From: an uncultured virus (IMG/VR IMGVR_UViG_3300035670_000052)
Taxonomy: Duplodnaviria > Heunggongvirae > Uroviricota > Caudoviricetes
IMG/VR virus record: IMGVR_UViG_3300035670_000052
Location: 62,001 to 119,575 of that record
Length of the DNA stretch: 57,575 nt
Direction: 5' to 3' (one strand)
Shown: piece by piece, positions 28,201 through 37,800 of the stretch
Layout of the letters: the number at the start of each line of letters is the position of its first letter
How positions within the stretch are numbered: position 1 is the stretch's first letter
The notes under the pieces: model-generated
Seen by the model: only the letters and a program-made list of their open reading frames with translations
What the model was told of the DNA's origin: nothing
Database searches by the model: none
Position numbers and translations under genes: made by a program

Positions 28201-30160
28201 TTCAACTCCAATTGTAGTATTTGATGGCAATGGTTTTTATGGTTCAACTAGAACAGCTACAATTAAAAATAAAGTATTTCTTGCTAACGTTGATAAAGTT
28301 TATTATTGGGTTATTAAAGGCGGTGGTGGATGGGGCGATGAACCTTTTGATACTTTATCATTACAATATTCGATTGATGGAACTGCTTGGTCAGCTACTA
28401 TTGACTCTACAAATTATTCAGATATTTTATCTACAAATAGTTGGACTCTAAAGTCTGTAACAGTTCCTGCAGGTGCCAAATATTATAATGGTGTTTACTT
28501 AAGATTTTCACAACCTGGTTATAATACATCTAGTGTTTATAGAAGTTGGGCATTTACTTCAGTTTTATTTGATTTAAACAGTATATCTTCATCAGGATCT
28601 GGAAAATCTACATCATTTGCTTTGATGGATTTATCATCTTCATCTAATATTATTTTCCCAACTCCTCAACCTGGAACTAGATTAACGACAGTTGGTAGTG
28701 TTACTGGAATGGCAACCAGAACTGAAGTGCCATCTTCAACACCAATTGTGGTATTTGACGGTAATGGTTTTTATGGTTCAACTAGATGGGTTTCAATACC
28801 AAATAAAGTCTTTTTAGGTGGTATGTCCAGACTATATTATTGGGTAAATCGTGGTGGTGGTGGATGGGGAGATACCCCCTATGACACTTTATCATTACAG
28901 TATTCAATTGATGGAACTACTTGGTCAGCCACTATTGATTCAATTTCACAAACAACTAGTTATGATGGTACAAGTGAAATTTCAAGTAATCAATGGACTT
29001 TAAGAGAAGTTGATATTCCACAAGGAGCCAAATATTATAATGGTGTTTACTTAAGATTTTCACAATCTACTTATAATACATCAAATGTATATTATACTTG
29101 GGCAGTAACTTCAATAGTTGCAACTATTAACGAATATGATCAATCTTATACACCAAGTACACTTAGTTTAATTGATCTCTTAAATCAAGATACTTTTAAT
29201 CTGACAAAACCACGTACAGCTGCAAGAATAACTACAGTTAGTGGTGTTGCTGGAATGGCAACCAGAACTGAAGTGCCATCTTCAACACCAATTGTGGTAT
29301 TTGGTGAGGCTGACTTATATCCTGGATTTTATGGTTCATCAAGAACATTAACAAATAGATCGAAAATTTTCCTCTCTAATGTTAATCAAGTTCAATTTTA
29401 TGTTAATAAAGGTGGATCTAATGGGGCTCAAACATGGGGTGATGAACCATTTTCATCATTATTTTTACAATATTCCGCCGATGGAATTACTTGGTCTACA
29501 CTTTATGAAGTAGTAAGGACTACAGTATCACCAAATACATGGACTCTTCAAACTGTCACAGTTCCAGCGGGAGCAAAATACTACAATGGAGTTTTCTTAA
29601 GATTCTCCCAACAATCTTATAATGCATCTTCTTCATATTACACATGGGCAGCTACATCAGTAGTGGCACTTCCATCATCTGGAACTTCTGGAACTATTAG
29701 TTATTCTGACGATACAACAACAAACAGTACATATTATCCATCCGTAATTTCCGCAACTAGTGGTGGTTCTTTAAGAATTTCTTCCACAAAACTAACATAC
29801 AACCCTTCAACTGGAAGACTTTCTTCAAGTAGTGTTTCTGACTCTAAAGGAGACTTAAGAACAATTCCAGTTAATGTGAAAAGTACTGGATATACACTAG
29901 TGCTTTCTGATGCTGGTAAGATTATATCAACATCTTCTGGAATAACAATTCCTACTAATGTCTTTAGTAGTGGAGATGCTATTAGTGTATTTAATAATTC
30001 AGCATCAACACAAACAATAACTGCAAGTTCCGTTACGATGTATTTTCCTGGTTATTCTTCAGCTTTTGGATCTATAACATTGGATGCGAGAGGTGTATGC
30101 ACAATTCTTTGTGTATCATCTAATGTTTTTGTAATTTCTGGTGCAGGATTGATACCATGA
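25286..30160 (+). CDS. Collagen-like tail fibre with five reelin-like repeats
   Basis: G-X-Q region, then five units of about 175 aa with VVFDGNG / LQYSxDGxxW / YYNGVYLRFSQ / WAxTS. Confidence 0.8.
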   Translation: MVRYNSGRVRKFDQTGITSDRYQFLGLEQAEPDLGDPIVGVSSVIANPAPPGDQYVLAAVDGQVGKRYWLKSTNLVGIGSTGTQGTAGPPGSQGVQGSLSNFQGTQGRQGTQGNQGLQGNQGIQGVQGFLSNFQGTQGNQGSQGTQGNQGLQGTQGNQGLQGTSGNQGSQGLQGNQGVQGVQGFLSNFQGTQGNQGSQGLQGNQGTQGLQGSIGSQGTQGFQGIQGNQGTQGLQGSIGSQGTQGFQGIQGNQGLQGNFGNQGVQGAQGSQGVQGPNGSFGAKGDQGVQGLQGLQGTSVQGSQGAQGVLSNFQGTQGNQGIQGSQGMQGAQGVQGFLSNFQGTQGNQGLQGNQGIQGVQGFLSNFQGTQGIQGSQGSQATQGVQGAQGSIGPQGFQGLQSSQGMQGNIGNQGGQGLQGLQGTQGFSGSTGSKGDQGAQGLQGLQGSQGNQGLSNQGPQGPQGSQGSQGLQGSQGTQGFTGGEGRQGAQGPQGVQGLSGGEGRQGAQGPQGVQGVQGLQGFSGNVGSKGDQGAQGVGAQGTQGLQGFSGSIGGKGDQGAQGIQGVQGLTGISPLTSASLAVIDAAVSSTINLGSGARLSTVASVSAMATRTEVPGSTSIVVFDGNGNRSATTAGKYYLSAVSKLFYWVNRGGGGWGDDPAGTTVELQFSYDGSTGWTALDQVTTSIVSSNNTWIQREIILSNFSGSQYYNGVYLRFVQSPLSRSSNVDTWAFTSVIYQAGSAGGGGSTSTGSNSLAVMDVSSTSTISLPSYPSTSGVRLTTVSGVTGMTSRTEVPGSTPIVVFDGNGIANSTRTVTLPNRVYLSTVNKLYYWVIKGGGGWGDEPFDTLSLQYSYDGTNWLGTIDSTAYQDILSTNTWTQKSVTVPAAAKYYNGVYLRFSQPGYNTSSTYRSWAITSIIPDFGAAGGGSSGGSTSLALVDLSSSNNFDFPTPQPGARLTTVSAVTGMATRTEVPGSTPIVVFDGNGFYGSTRTATIKNKVFLANVDKVYYWVIKGGGGWGDEPFDTLSLQYSIDGTAWSATIDSTNYSDILSTNSWTLKSVTVPAGAKYYNGVYLRFSQPGYNTSSVYRSWAFTSVLFDLNSISSSGSGKSTSFALMDLSSSSNIIFPTPQPGTRLTTVGSVTGMATRTEVPSSTPIVVFDGNGFYGSTRWVSIPNKVFLGGMSRLYYWVNRGGGGWGDTPYDTLSLQYSIDGTTWSATIDSISQTTSYDGTSEISSNQWTLREVDIPQGAKYYNGVYLRFSQSTYNTSNVYYTWAVTSIVATINEYDQSYTPSTLSLIDLLNQDTFNLTKPRTAARITTVSGVAGMATRTEVPSSTPIVVFGEADLYPGFYGSSRTLTNRSKIFLSNVNQVQFYVNKGGSNGAQTWGDEPFSSLFLQYSADGITWSTLYEVVRTTVSPNTWTLQTVTVPAGAKYYNGVFLRFSQQSYNASSSYYTWAATSVVALPSSGTSGTISYSDDTTTNSTYYPSVISATSGGSLRISSTKLTYNPSTGRLSSSSVSDSKGDLRTIPVNVKSTGYTLVLSDAGKIISTSSGITIPTNVFSSGDAISVFNNSASTQTITASSVTMYFPGYSSAFGSITLDARGVCTILCVSSNVFVISGAGLIP
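25529..26990 (+). repeat. Second Gly-X-Gln coding repeat
   Basis: Directly visible; shares exact blocks with the first repeat. Confidence 0.95.
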
Positions 30161-30816
30161 GTATTCAGCAACTATTTTTTTCAGGTGGATTTAGTTTACA
30201 ATTACCTGATTTTATTTCTTCTGGATCAAAATTACCTGTTTATGGAACAAGTGGTGGTTCCTACCCTCCTCCTGGATGGGTTGGTGTTCAAAATGCTTCT
30301 GTTGATGATGGTTGGTTATCTATTTTTCTTCCATTTACATTTTATATTGCTGGAAATGGATACACTACAACCTATATAAGTTCAAATACCTATCTTACAT
30401 TTGGTTCTGGATCTGCCAGTTTTAGCGGATTATCTGCCTCAAATCCAGCTCTTCCAAAATTTATGTTTGGTGCTTTCGATAACTCTTTTCAAAGAGTTTC
30501 TAGATTCACTAGTGGAACCGATTATCAAAGAATTCGTTATGAAGGAACTGCCTCTACTATTGGTACTGTAGGTTCTCCAAATATTGTTCTTGAAATTACG
30601 TTATTTAATCCAGAAAATTATGGTGGATTAAATGTTCTCGAATTATTAACAGGGGATCATAACAGAACAGGAGGAGTAAGTCTTGTGGCAAATTCATCTA
30701 CAGCATACGCTACATATACTCAATCTCCTTTTAGAAGTTATGTATTTGTAGGAAATAGCAATGGAACATCATGGAAAATTTATACAGATTATTATGTAAA
30801 TAACACTGATTATTAA
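30157..30816 (+). CDS. Putative fibre-tip protein with NIDO-like motif
   Basis: MSIQQLFF start; DDG...LPFTFY..G..YTTTYISSNTYLTFG. Confidence 0.55.
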   Translation: MSIQQLFFSGGFSLQLPDFISSGSKLPVYGTSGGSYPPPGWVGVQNASVDDGWLSIFLPFTFYIAGNGYTTTYISSNTYLTFGSGSASFSGLSASNPALPKFMFGAFDNSFQRVSRFTSGTDYQRIRYEGTASTIGTVGSPNIVLEITLFNPENYGGLNVLELLTGDHNRTGGVSLVANSSTAYATYTQSPFRSYVFVGNSNGTSWKIYTDYYVNNTDY

Positions 30817-30831
30817 GCTAACTAGCACCTC

Positions 30832-30860
30832 TTGACAACCCTTCACAGATGCTATATAAT
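30832..30860 (+). promoter_or_regulatory. Consensus sigma70 promoter
   Basis: TTGACA-N17-TATAAT. Confidence 0.85.
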
Positions 30861-30885
30861 ACTCAGGTAATCAATCAAAGACCAA

Positions 30886-31071
30886 ATGAAAACCGAAGAG
30901 TTCTTGAGTCGTTGCGTTGTCGATACTCTTGCACGTAAATTTTACCTATATTCTAGTGAAGGTTCAGAACGAATCGTAGAATGCGAGAATGTTGACCAGT
31001 TTATGAACGTACTGGAAGTTGTGCGCACTCAGGTAAGTGAAGATTGTCTTGCATACACCGATCCTCTTTAA
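30886..31071 (+). CDS. Conserved cyanophage hypothetical protein
   Basis: EEFLSRCVVDTLARKFYLYSSEG...DQFMNVLE. Confidence 0.7.
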   Translation: MKTEEFLSRCVVDTLARKFYLYSSEGSERIVECENVDQFMNVLEVVRTQVSEDCLAYTDPL

Positions 31072-31074
31072 GAA

Positions 31075-31248
31075 ATGGAAGTTTTCACTGTAGATGAATT
31101 TCAAGAACATTTTGATAAACTCATGGAAAGAGTCGAAAATGGTGAACATCTAGGTATAATCAACGAAAACGGCCAGGCGACAGTGATGATGCCATACGAT
31201 GATGACCTTATACGAATACACACTGAATTAAACAACGAAGCATCTTGA
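31075..31248 (+). CDS. Phd/YefM antitoxin-like small protein (57 aa)
   Basis: MEVFTVDEFQEHFDKLMERVENGEHLGIINENGQATVMMPY; Phd N-terminal pattern. Confidence 0.6.
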   Translation: MEVFTVDEFQEHFDKLMERVENGEHLGIINENGQATVMMPYDDDLIRIHTELNNEAS

Positions 31249-31273
31249 CAAAGAGTTCCAGATCCTCTATAAT
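31245..31273 (+). promoter_or_regulatory. Consensus sigma70 promoter for the tRNA cluster
   Basis: TTGACA-N17-TATAAT. Confidence 0.85.
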
Positions 31274-31285
31274 TGATCTGTTCAA

Positions 31286-31373
31286 GCGAGTGAGACTTGG
31301 TAGTCAGAGGAGTCTTATAAACTCTTTCCGCCAGATTAGCGGCTTTGACCTGGTTCGAATCCAGGCACTCGTA
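31286..31373 (+). tRNA. tRNA-Ile(TAT) with long variable arm
   Basis: Acceptor GCGAGTG/CACTCGT, D arm GAC-TTGGTA-GTC, anticodon arm GGAGT-CT-TAT-AA-ACTCT, T arm CCTGG-TTCGAAT-CCAGG. Confidence 0.8.
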
Positions 31374-31375
31374 TC

Positions 31376-31426
31376 TGCTTACCCATTTTGTAGTGGGTTT
31401 TAGAGGGTAAGCAACAGTAAACCTAC
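31376..31426 (+). ncRNA. Putative H-type pseudoknot between the tRNAs
   Basis: Stem 1 TGCTTACCC/GGGTAAGCA; stem 2 GTGGGTTT/AAACCTAC. Confidence 0.45.
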
Positions 31427-31430
31427 TTGA

Positions 31431-31514
31431 AAAGCGGTGACGTAACTGGTAGCCGTATCAGACTTAAAATCTGCTGGGAGTATTCCCGTGGGGGTTCGAT
31501 TCCCCCCTCGCCCT
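31431..31514 (+). tRNA. tRNA-Leu(TAA) with defective acceptor stem (possible pseudo-tRNA)
   Basis: D arm ACG/CGT, anticodon CAGA-CT-TAA-AA-TCTG, variable arm GGGA/TCCC, T arm GGGGG-TTCGATT-CCCCC; 5' AAAGCGG pairs poorly with CTCGCCC. Confidence 0.65.
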
Positions 31515-31545
31515 ATAAAATAAATATAAGATATGGGAAATCCCA

Positions 31546-31851
31546 ATGTCTTATCGTATTGATCACGCATACTGCTGGTACAACAATGGCAGTATGATTG
31601 TGAAGATGTATTTTATCAATCATATACCTTTTACATTTGATGAACTTCCAGATGGTCATTTGTACGATCAAGATCTTTGTAGATTAGCAGATCAACAATG
31701 CACATTTGAACCGGAAGATTTGTATAAAAATTCATTCTATTTAATAGATGAAGAAGTACATCCATGTTTTTTTCCAGTTGAGTTAGAAAATCCTGAAGAT
31801 CTTCCAGATAACCTTGAATATGATTATGGTGAAGAAGACTTGACTAACTAA
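31546..31851 (+). CDS. Conserved cyanophage hypothetical protein
   Basis: IVKMYFINHIPFTFDELP...SFYLIDEEVHPC; preceded by AATAAATA. Confidence 0.75.
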   Translation: MSYRIDHAYCWYNNGSMIVKMYFINHIPFTFDELPDGHLYDQDLCRLADQQCTFEPEDLYKNSFYLIDEEVHPCFFPVELENPEDLPDNLEYDYGEEDLTN

Positions 31852-31886
31852 ATAAAACATAGAATTACTACAGCTAATATAATACA

Positions 31887-34800
31887 ATGCCTCTTAATAA
31901 GTTAGAGAATTTTATTAAGAATACAGAAGGTCGTATTCTTTATGTAAATCCAAATGATCTTGATTCAACTGATTCGATTACTAATCAAGGAAATTCACTT
32001 GCTCAACCGTTTAAGACTGTACAAAGAGCTCTTTTAGAATCAGCAAGATTTTCTTATTTGAGAGGTTATAATAATGATCTTACTGAAAAAACTACAATTT
32101 TACTTTTTCCAGGTGAACATTTAATTGACAATAGACCTGGTTATGCAATTTATGATAATGATCCCCTTGGTGCATATGCGGTTCCCCCAACTGGTGGTGT
32201 TGGAGTTCCTGCACCACAAACTTTATCATTAGAACTAGATTCAGTATTTGATCTGACTGATCCAGACAATATTCTTTACAAATTTAATAGTGTATATGGT
32301 GGTGTTATTGTTCCTCGTGGCACTTCAATTGTCGGTCTTGATTTAAGAAAGACTAAGATTCGTCCAAAATATGTCCCAAATCCAACCGACCCAAGTGCAA
32401 CTAATTCTGCAATTTTTAGAATTACTGGTGCTTGCTATTTTTGGCAATTATCAATCTTTGATGGTGATGAAAGTGGATTAGTTTATACAAATCCAACATA
32501 TTCTACCAGTATATATCAATCTACTCCTACGTTTTCTCACCACAAACTAACTTGTTTTGAATATGCGGATGGTGTAAATCCTGTTGGTTCTTATGAATTA
32601 ACAGATCTTGATATGTATTATAGTAAGCTCTCGAATGCTTACAATACTTATAGAAATATTGATGCAAAATATCCTTCTGAACCATTAGGATTTTCGAAAA
32701 AAGCCCCAGAATGGGAAATTGTTGGTGCATTCGCATCTGATCCTATTGATATTACTGGATTATTTTCGGGCAATGGTACAACTGCCGGAGCTAGAGTTAC
32801 TGTAACTACCGCGTTTGAACATAATTTAAATTCCGGAACTCCAATTAAAATTCGTGATGTTTCGGAAGGAACTTATAATGTTTCAACAAAAGTACAAGAA
32901 GTTTTAAGTCCAACTCAATTTACATATCTCTTAACCTCATTTCCAATCAATTTAGATGCAAATCCAAGTGTATCTGGTGCAACAGTTACTGTCGAAACGG
33001 ATACTGTCTCTGGTGCTTCTCCATACATTTTTAACTGCTCTTTAAGATCAGTATGGGGTATGAACGGAATGCACGCTGATGGGTCAAAGGCATCAGGCTT
33101 CCGTTCCATGGTTGTTGCACAGTTCACCGCAGTATCACTACAAAAAGATGACCGTGCATTTGTAAAATATAATAATGTAGCAAGAGCATATGAAGGTGTT
33201 ACCATTTCTCCAGTATCAGGAGCAGCTTTATCATCTGGCTCTTCTCAAACTGATGCAGAATTGGTTTATCACTTAGATCAAAACGCAATATATCGAAATG
33301 GATGGGAAACTAGCCATATTAAAATTTCCAATGATTCCTTTATTCAAATCGTATCTGTTTTTGCAATTGGTTTTAATAAGCATTTTGATGTTCAAAGTGG
33401 TAGTGATGCATCTATTACAAACTCCAACTCTAATTTTGGTCAAATTTCATTAAATGCTGAAGGTTTTAAAAATGCTGCCTTTGGCAAAGATAATAAAGCA
33501 TTTATTACATCAATTATACCTCCCAGAAATATTGATGAATTTGATGAAGACATTATTGAATGGCTTTCTTTAGATGTTGGCATTACAACTGCATATGGTA
33601 ATGATACTACTGATACCTCTAGACTTTACCTTTATGGTTTTACTGCCAAAGATAGTCTTCCAGTTAGCTTAACACAAGGATATCGTGTCGGTGCTCGTAA
33701 AAATGATATCTTATATCTTTCATATAATGGGGTAGAATATAATGCTAAAATATACATGGAGGATCCTAGTGGTGTTGGATTAATTAGTGCTGAAAAATCA
33801 TATTCAGTAATAGGATCTCCATCAAATAATATTTTTACTTTAAATACTCCTTTAAATTTATTAACAACTGGAGAAAAAGTTGTTATTAATAGTGAAGATG
33901 GAGATCTGCCCGAAAATATAACAGAGCATATTCCATATTATGTCATTAAAATTAATTCAACTCAAATCAAATTAGCAACATCATATACTAATGCAATTTT
34001 AGACAACCCAATTACTGTTTATGGTGGAACAAATCTAATCATCAAAAGTAGGGTGTCTGATAAAAATGCTGGTGAATATGGTTCTCCTCTTCAATATGAT
34101 GATACCTATCAAAATTGGTATATAAAAGTTGCAGAAGATAATCAAATATATAATCTTCTCAATACAATTGGTGTTCAAACACTTACAGAAACTACAGATT
34201 TAAGTTATATAAAAAGAGTTTCTGATGGAAGAGCTCTTGATGAAAAATTATATAAAGTTAGGGTAGTTATTCCAAAAGAATTTGCAAATGCAAAAAATCC
34301 AGAATCTGGATTTGTTTTGCAAGAATCAAGTTCAACTGGTGCTAGAAATTCTGCAGATTTTAGTCGTACTACAATATCAACAAGTGATTATGACTATAAG
34401 AAAAACCCAAGATTTATTGAAAAATGTACATTACAAGATAATACAGTAACAGTCACTACAGAACTTCCTCATAATTTAAAAGTTGGGGATATTGTAATTA
34501 TTAAATATGTAACTGACACTATTAATACTACTGGAGATCAAACTTTAGGATACAATGGTTATTTTAAAGTTACGACTATCCCAAATATAATGAGTTTTCA
34601 ATATGATATTGTAGATATAAAAGGAAAGTCACACTCTCCTGGAGTTTTTACTAATGATGTAACAAATAGAACAACAACATTACCAAGATATGAAAGAAAT
34701 GATTTAAAATCAAATATATTCATTTATAGAAATCAAGTAATTTCTCCATATATTGAAAACAGCCAAGATGGAATCTACCATCTTTATCTACTGAATGCAA

Positions 34801-37800
34801 GCAATACAGTCTCAACAGAGTTTACAAATTTACAATACAGTCAAAATAGTGTTGATTTATACCCCCAATTAGATAGAGATAATTTCGATTCTAACCCAGA
34901 ATCTTCTATTACATTTGCCAAGAGAAATCCAATTGGTGATATTGTAACAAATGATCTTAAAAGAAGTGTTACTAGAGAAACTGTTGATAAATTACTAAAA
35001 GATTTTGGAAAAGGATTGAGAATTTCTAATGTTTCTAGTACATCATCTTCCGCAACGATTACAATTGATCGTGATCATTTGTTAGGCGGAATAGTTGGAT
35101 ATTCTGCTTTAACTGGTGGAAGTGGTCATACTCCAGGAACTTATTATAATGTAAAATTATATAATGATCTTGCCTTATCTGAATGGAATGGTGCAACAGC
35201 AAAAGTTACAGTTTCAGGTTCTGGATCTGTTACAAATGCTGAGATAATTGCAAACGGTTCTGCATATACAAATAATTCAACTTTATATTTTGACAGTTTA
35301 AAAATTGGTGGATCTGCAAGTGCAAGAATTACAGTTTCAACTTCTGGAATTTCTACAAGTATAGGTGATGTTGTACAAATTGCTGGAGCTGGCACTACAA
35401 CTTCAAATCAATATTATAGGATTACTTCATTACCAGCAACAAATCAAATAGCAGTTGCAAGAACATCTGGTGATGCTTCTATTGCTTCTGGTCAATATGC
35501 ATTAGTTATTGGCCCATCAGTAAAAATTAGTAGCACATCATACACATCAAATACAGGTCTTTTAACAGTTAATTCATCATCTGCACACGGATTATTGGCT
35601 GGAAATAGATTTAGAATTATTGATTCATCAAATAATAATCTTGGTGACTATGTTGTAAATGAAAGAATTAGCTTAACTTCATTTACAGCTTTTACATATA
35701 AATCTATTTCTGCATCAAATGGATTTATTTTAAAACATGGCTTATCAGCTAATAATGGAGTTTCTGATACTAGAGGTGAAAACTTAGGTGTAAGAGGAAT
35801 TCCATTATATGCAAATGAGTCATTAAAACTTCAAAATTCAATTACAACAGATACTGTAATTGATGTATTACCATCTACGGTTGGAATAACAACAATTGCA
35901 GGAAGATTCCCATTAGGATCTTATATTCAAATTGATAATGAAATTATGAGAATCACTACTTCTGGTAGTGAAACTACATTTGGTGTTATCAGAGGTTCTT
36001 TGGGAACACGTCAAGAAGATCATGATGCAAATTCTATAATTCGTAAAATTGAACCAATAGCAGTAGAATTTAGAAGACCTTCAATTTTACGTGCATCTGG
36101 TCACACATTTGAATATATGGGATTTGGACCTGGCAACTATTCAACGGGTCTTCCGCAAGTTCAAATACGTGCTCTTACAGATAGAGAGGAATTTCTTTCA
36201 CAAGCACAAGAAAGATCTTGTGGTGCTGTAATTTACACTGGAATGAATAATAAAGGTGATGTTTACAGTGGTAATACAAAAACTATTGCATCTAGTGGTG
36301 AGATTATTTCTTATGACATTCCAAAACCAACAGTAACTGGACAAGATCCTACAAAATTAAGTGTTGTATTTGACGAAGTTACTGTTAAAGAAAGATTATT
36401 GGTTGAAGGTGGTGCATCTGCAACTGTTCTTTCCCAATTTAACGGACCTCTTACACTTAATGGGCAACTTAGAGTTAAGGCAAAAGCAACATTTAGTAGA
36501 CAAGTAAAAATTTCAAATACTACACCATCAACCAACAAATTTACTGGTGCTTTGATCATCAATGGTGGTGTAGGAATTCTTGAAAATATAAATGTTGGTG
36601 GAATTGGTTCATTCTCAAATTCTCAAGATTCAACTACTATTGCCAACGGATCTATAGTTACAAATGGTGGAGTTGGAATTGAAAAAAGACTTAATGTTGG
36701 CGGCGCAGTTGGATTTACAAGTACTACAGACTCGACAAGTGGATCAACTGGAGCATTTGTGATAACTGGTGGTGTTGGAATTGGCAAAAACTTAAATGTT
36801 AGTGGAATTACAAATGCTGAAAACAGCACCGATTCCACATTAATTTCAAATGGATCTTTAACCGTTCAAGGTGGAGTTGGAATTAGAAAAAGACTTAATG
36901 TTGGTGGTGCTGTTGGATTTACAAGTACTACAGATTCCACATCCACAACTTCTGGCGCATTAATTGTAACTGGTGGTGTTGGAATTGGTAAAACAGTATT
37001 CATTGGTGGTAGTTTAAATGTTGCATTAACTAGATCTACAACTCTTGGTGGAACATTGAGTGTTGTTGGAAATACAAATTTGAGTGGAACATTGGGTGTT
37101 GCAGCTGGTCAAGCAACTGATCTTGGCGGAACATTAAATGTTGATGGTGCCACAACATTGCAAAGCACATTAGATGTTACTGGAAGTTCAACATTTAATA
37201 GTAATACCACAATTAATGGAATATTAGATGTAAACTCTGGTGCCACTATTGATAATATCAGAATTGGAATTGCAAATGACAATACAATTGACACAAGCAC
37301 TGGTGGATTAACATTAGATTCTTCGAGTGGTACAACTACAATCAGCGATAATACTACTATAACAGGAACTCTTGATGTTTCTGCAAATATAACTGGAAGT
37401 AGTGCTATCAGTGCTACTGGTAATATTAGTGCTGGTAATAGATTAATTGGACAACTTCAAAGATCAGTCAGAATTGTGGGGTCTGGGGTCGATTCTACAT
37501 TTAACAATAGCAGTGATGTTACAGTTACCCTACCAGACAAAACTAAAATAACAGTTTCTGGAAGCACAGATCCTGGTATTTCAAATGGATTTAGGGAAAA
37601 TATGACTGCAACCAGACAGGGTGATGCAGATACTTTGATGTTTAGGGGAATCAATGGTGGAACTTCAGTAGGAAGTGGTGGACTCACATGTGCTGGTGAT
37701 ATTATTGCATTTGCTTCTGATGAAAGATTAAAAACTAATATTGAGCCAATCGAAAATGCGGTTGATAAGGTACTCAAACTCCGTGGATTTACATATAACT

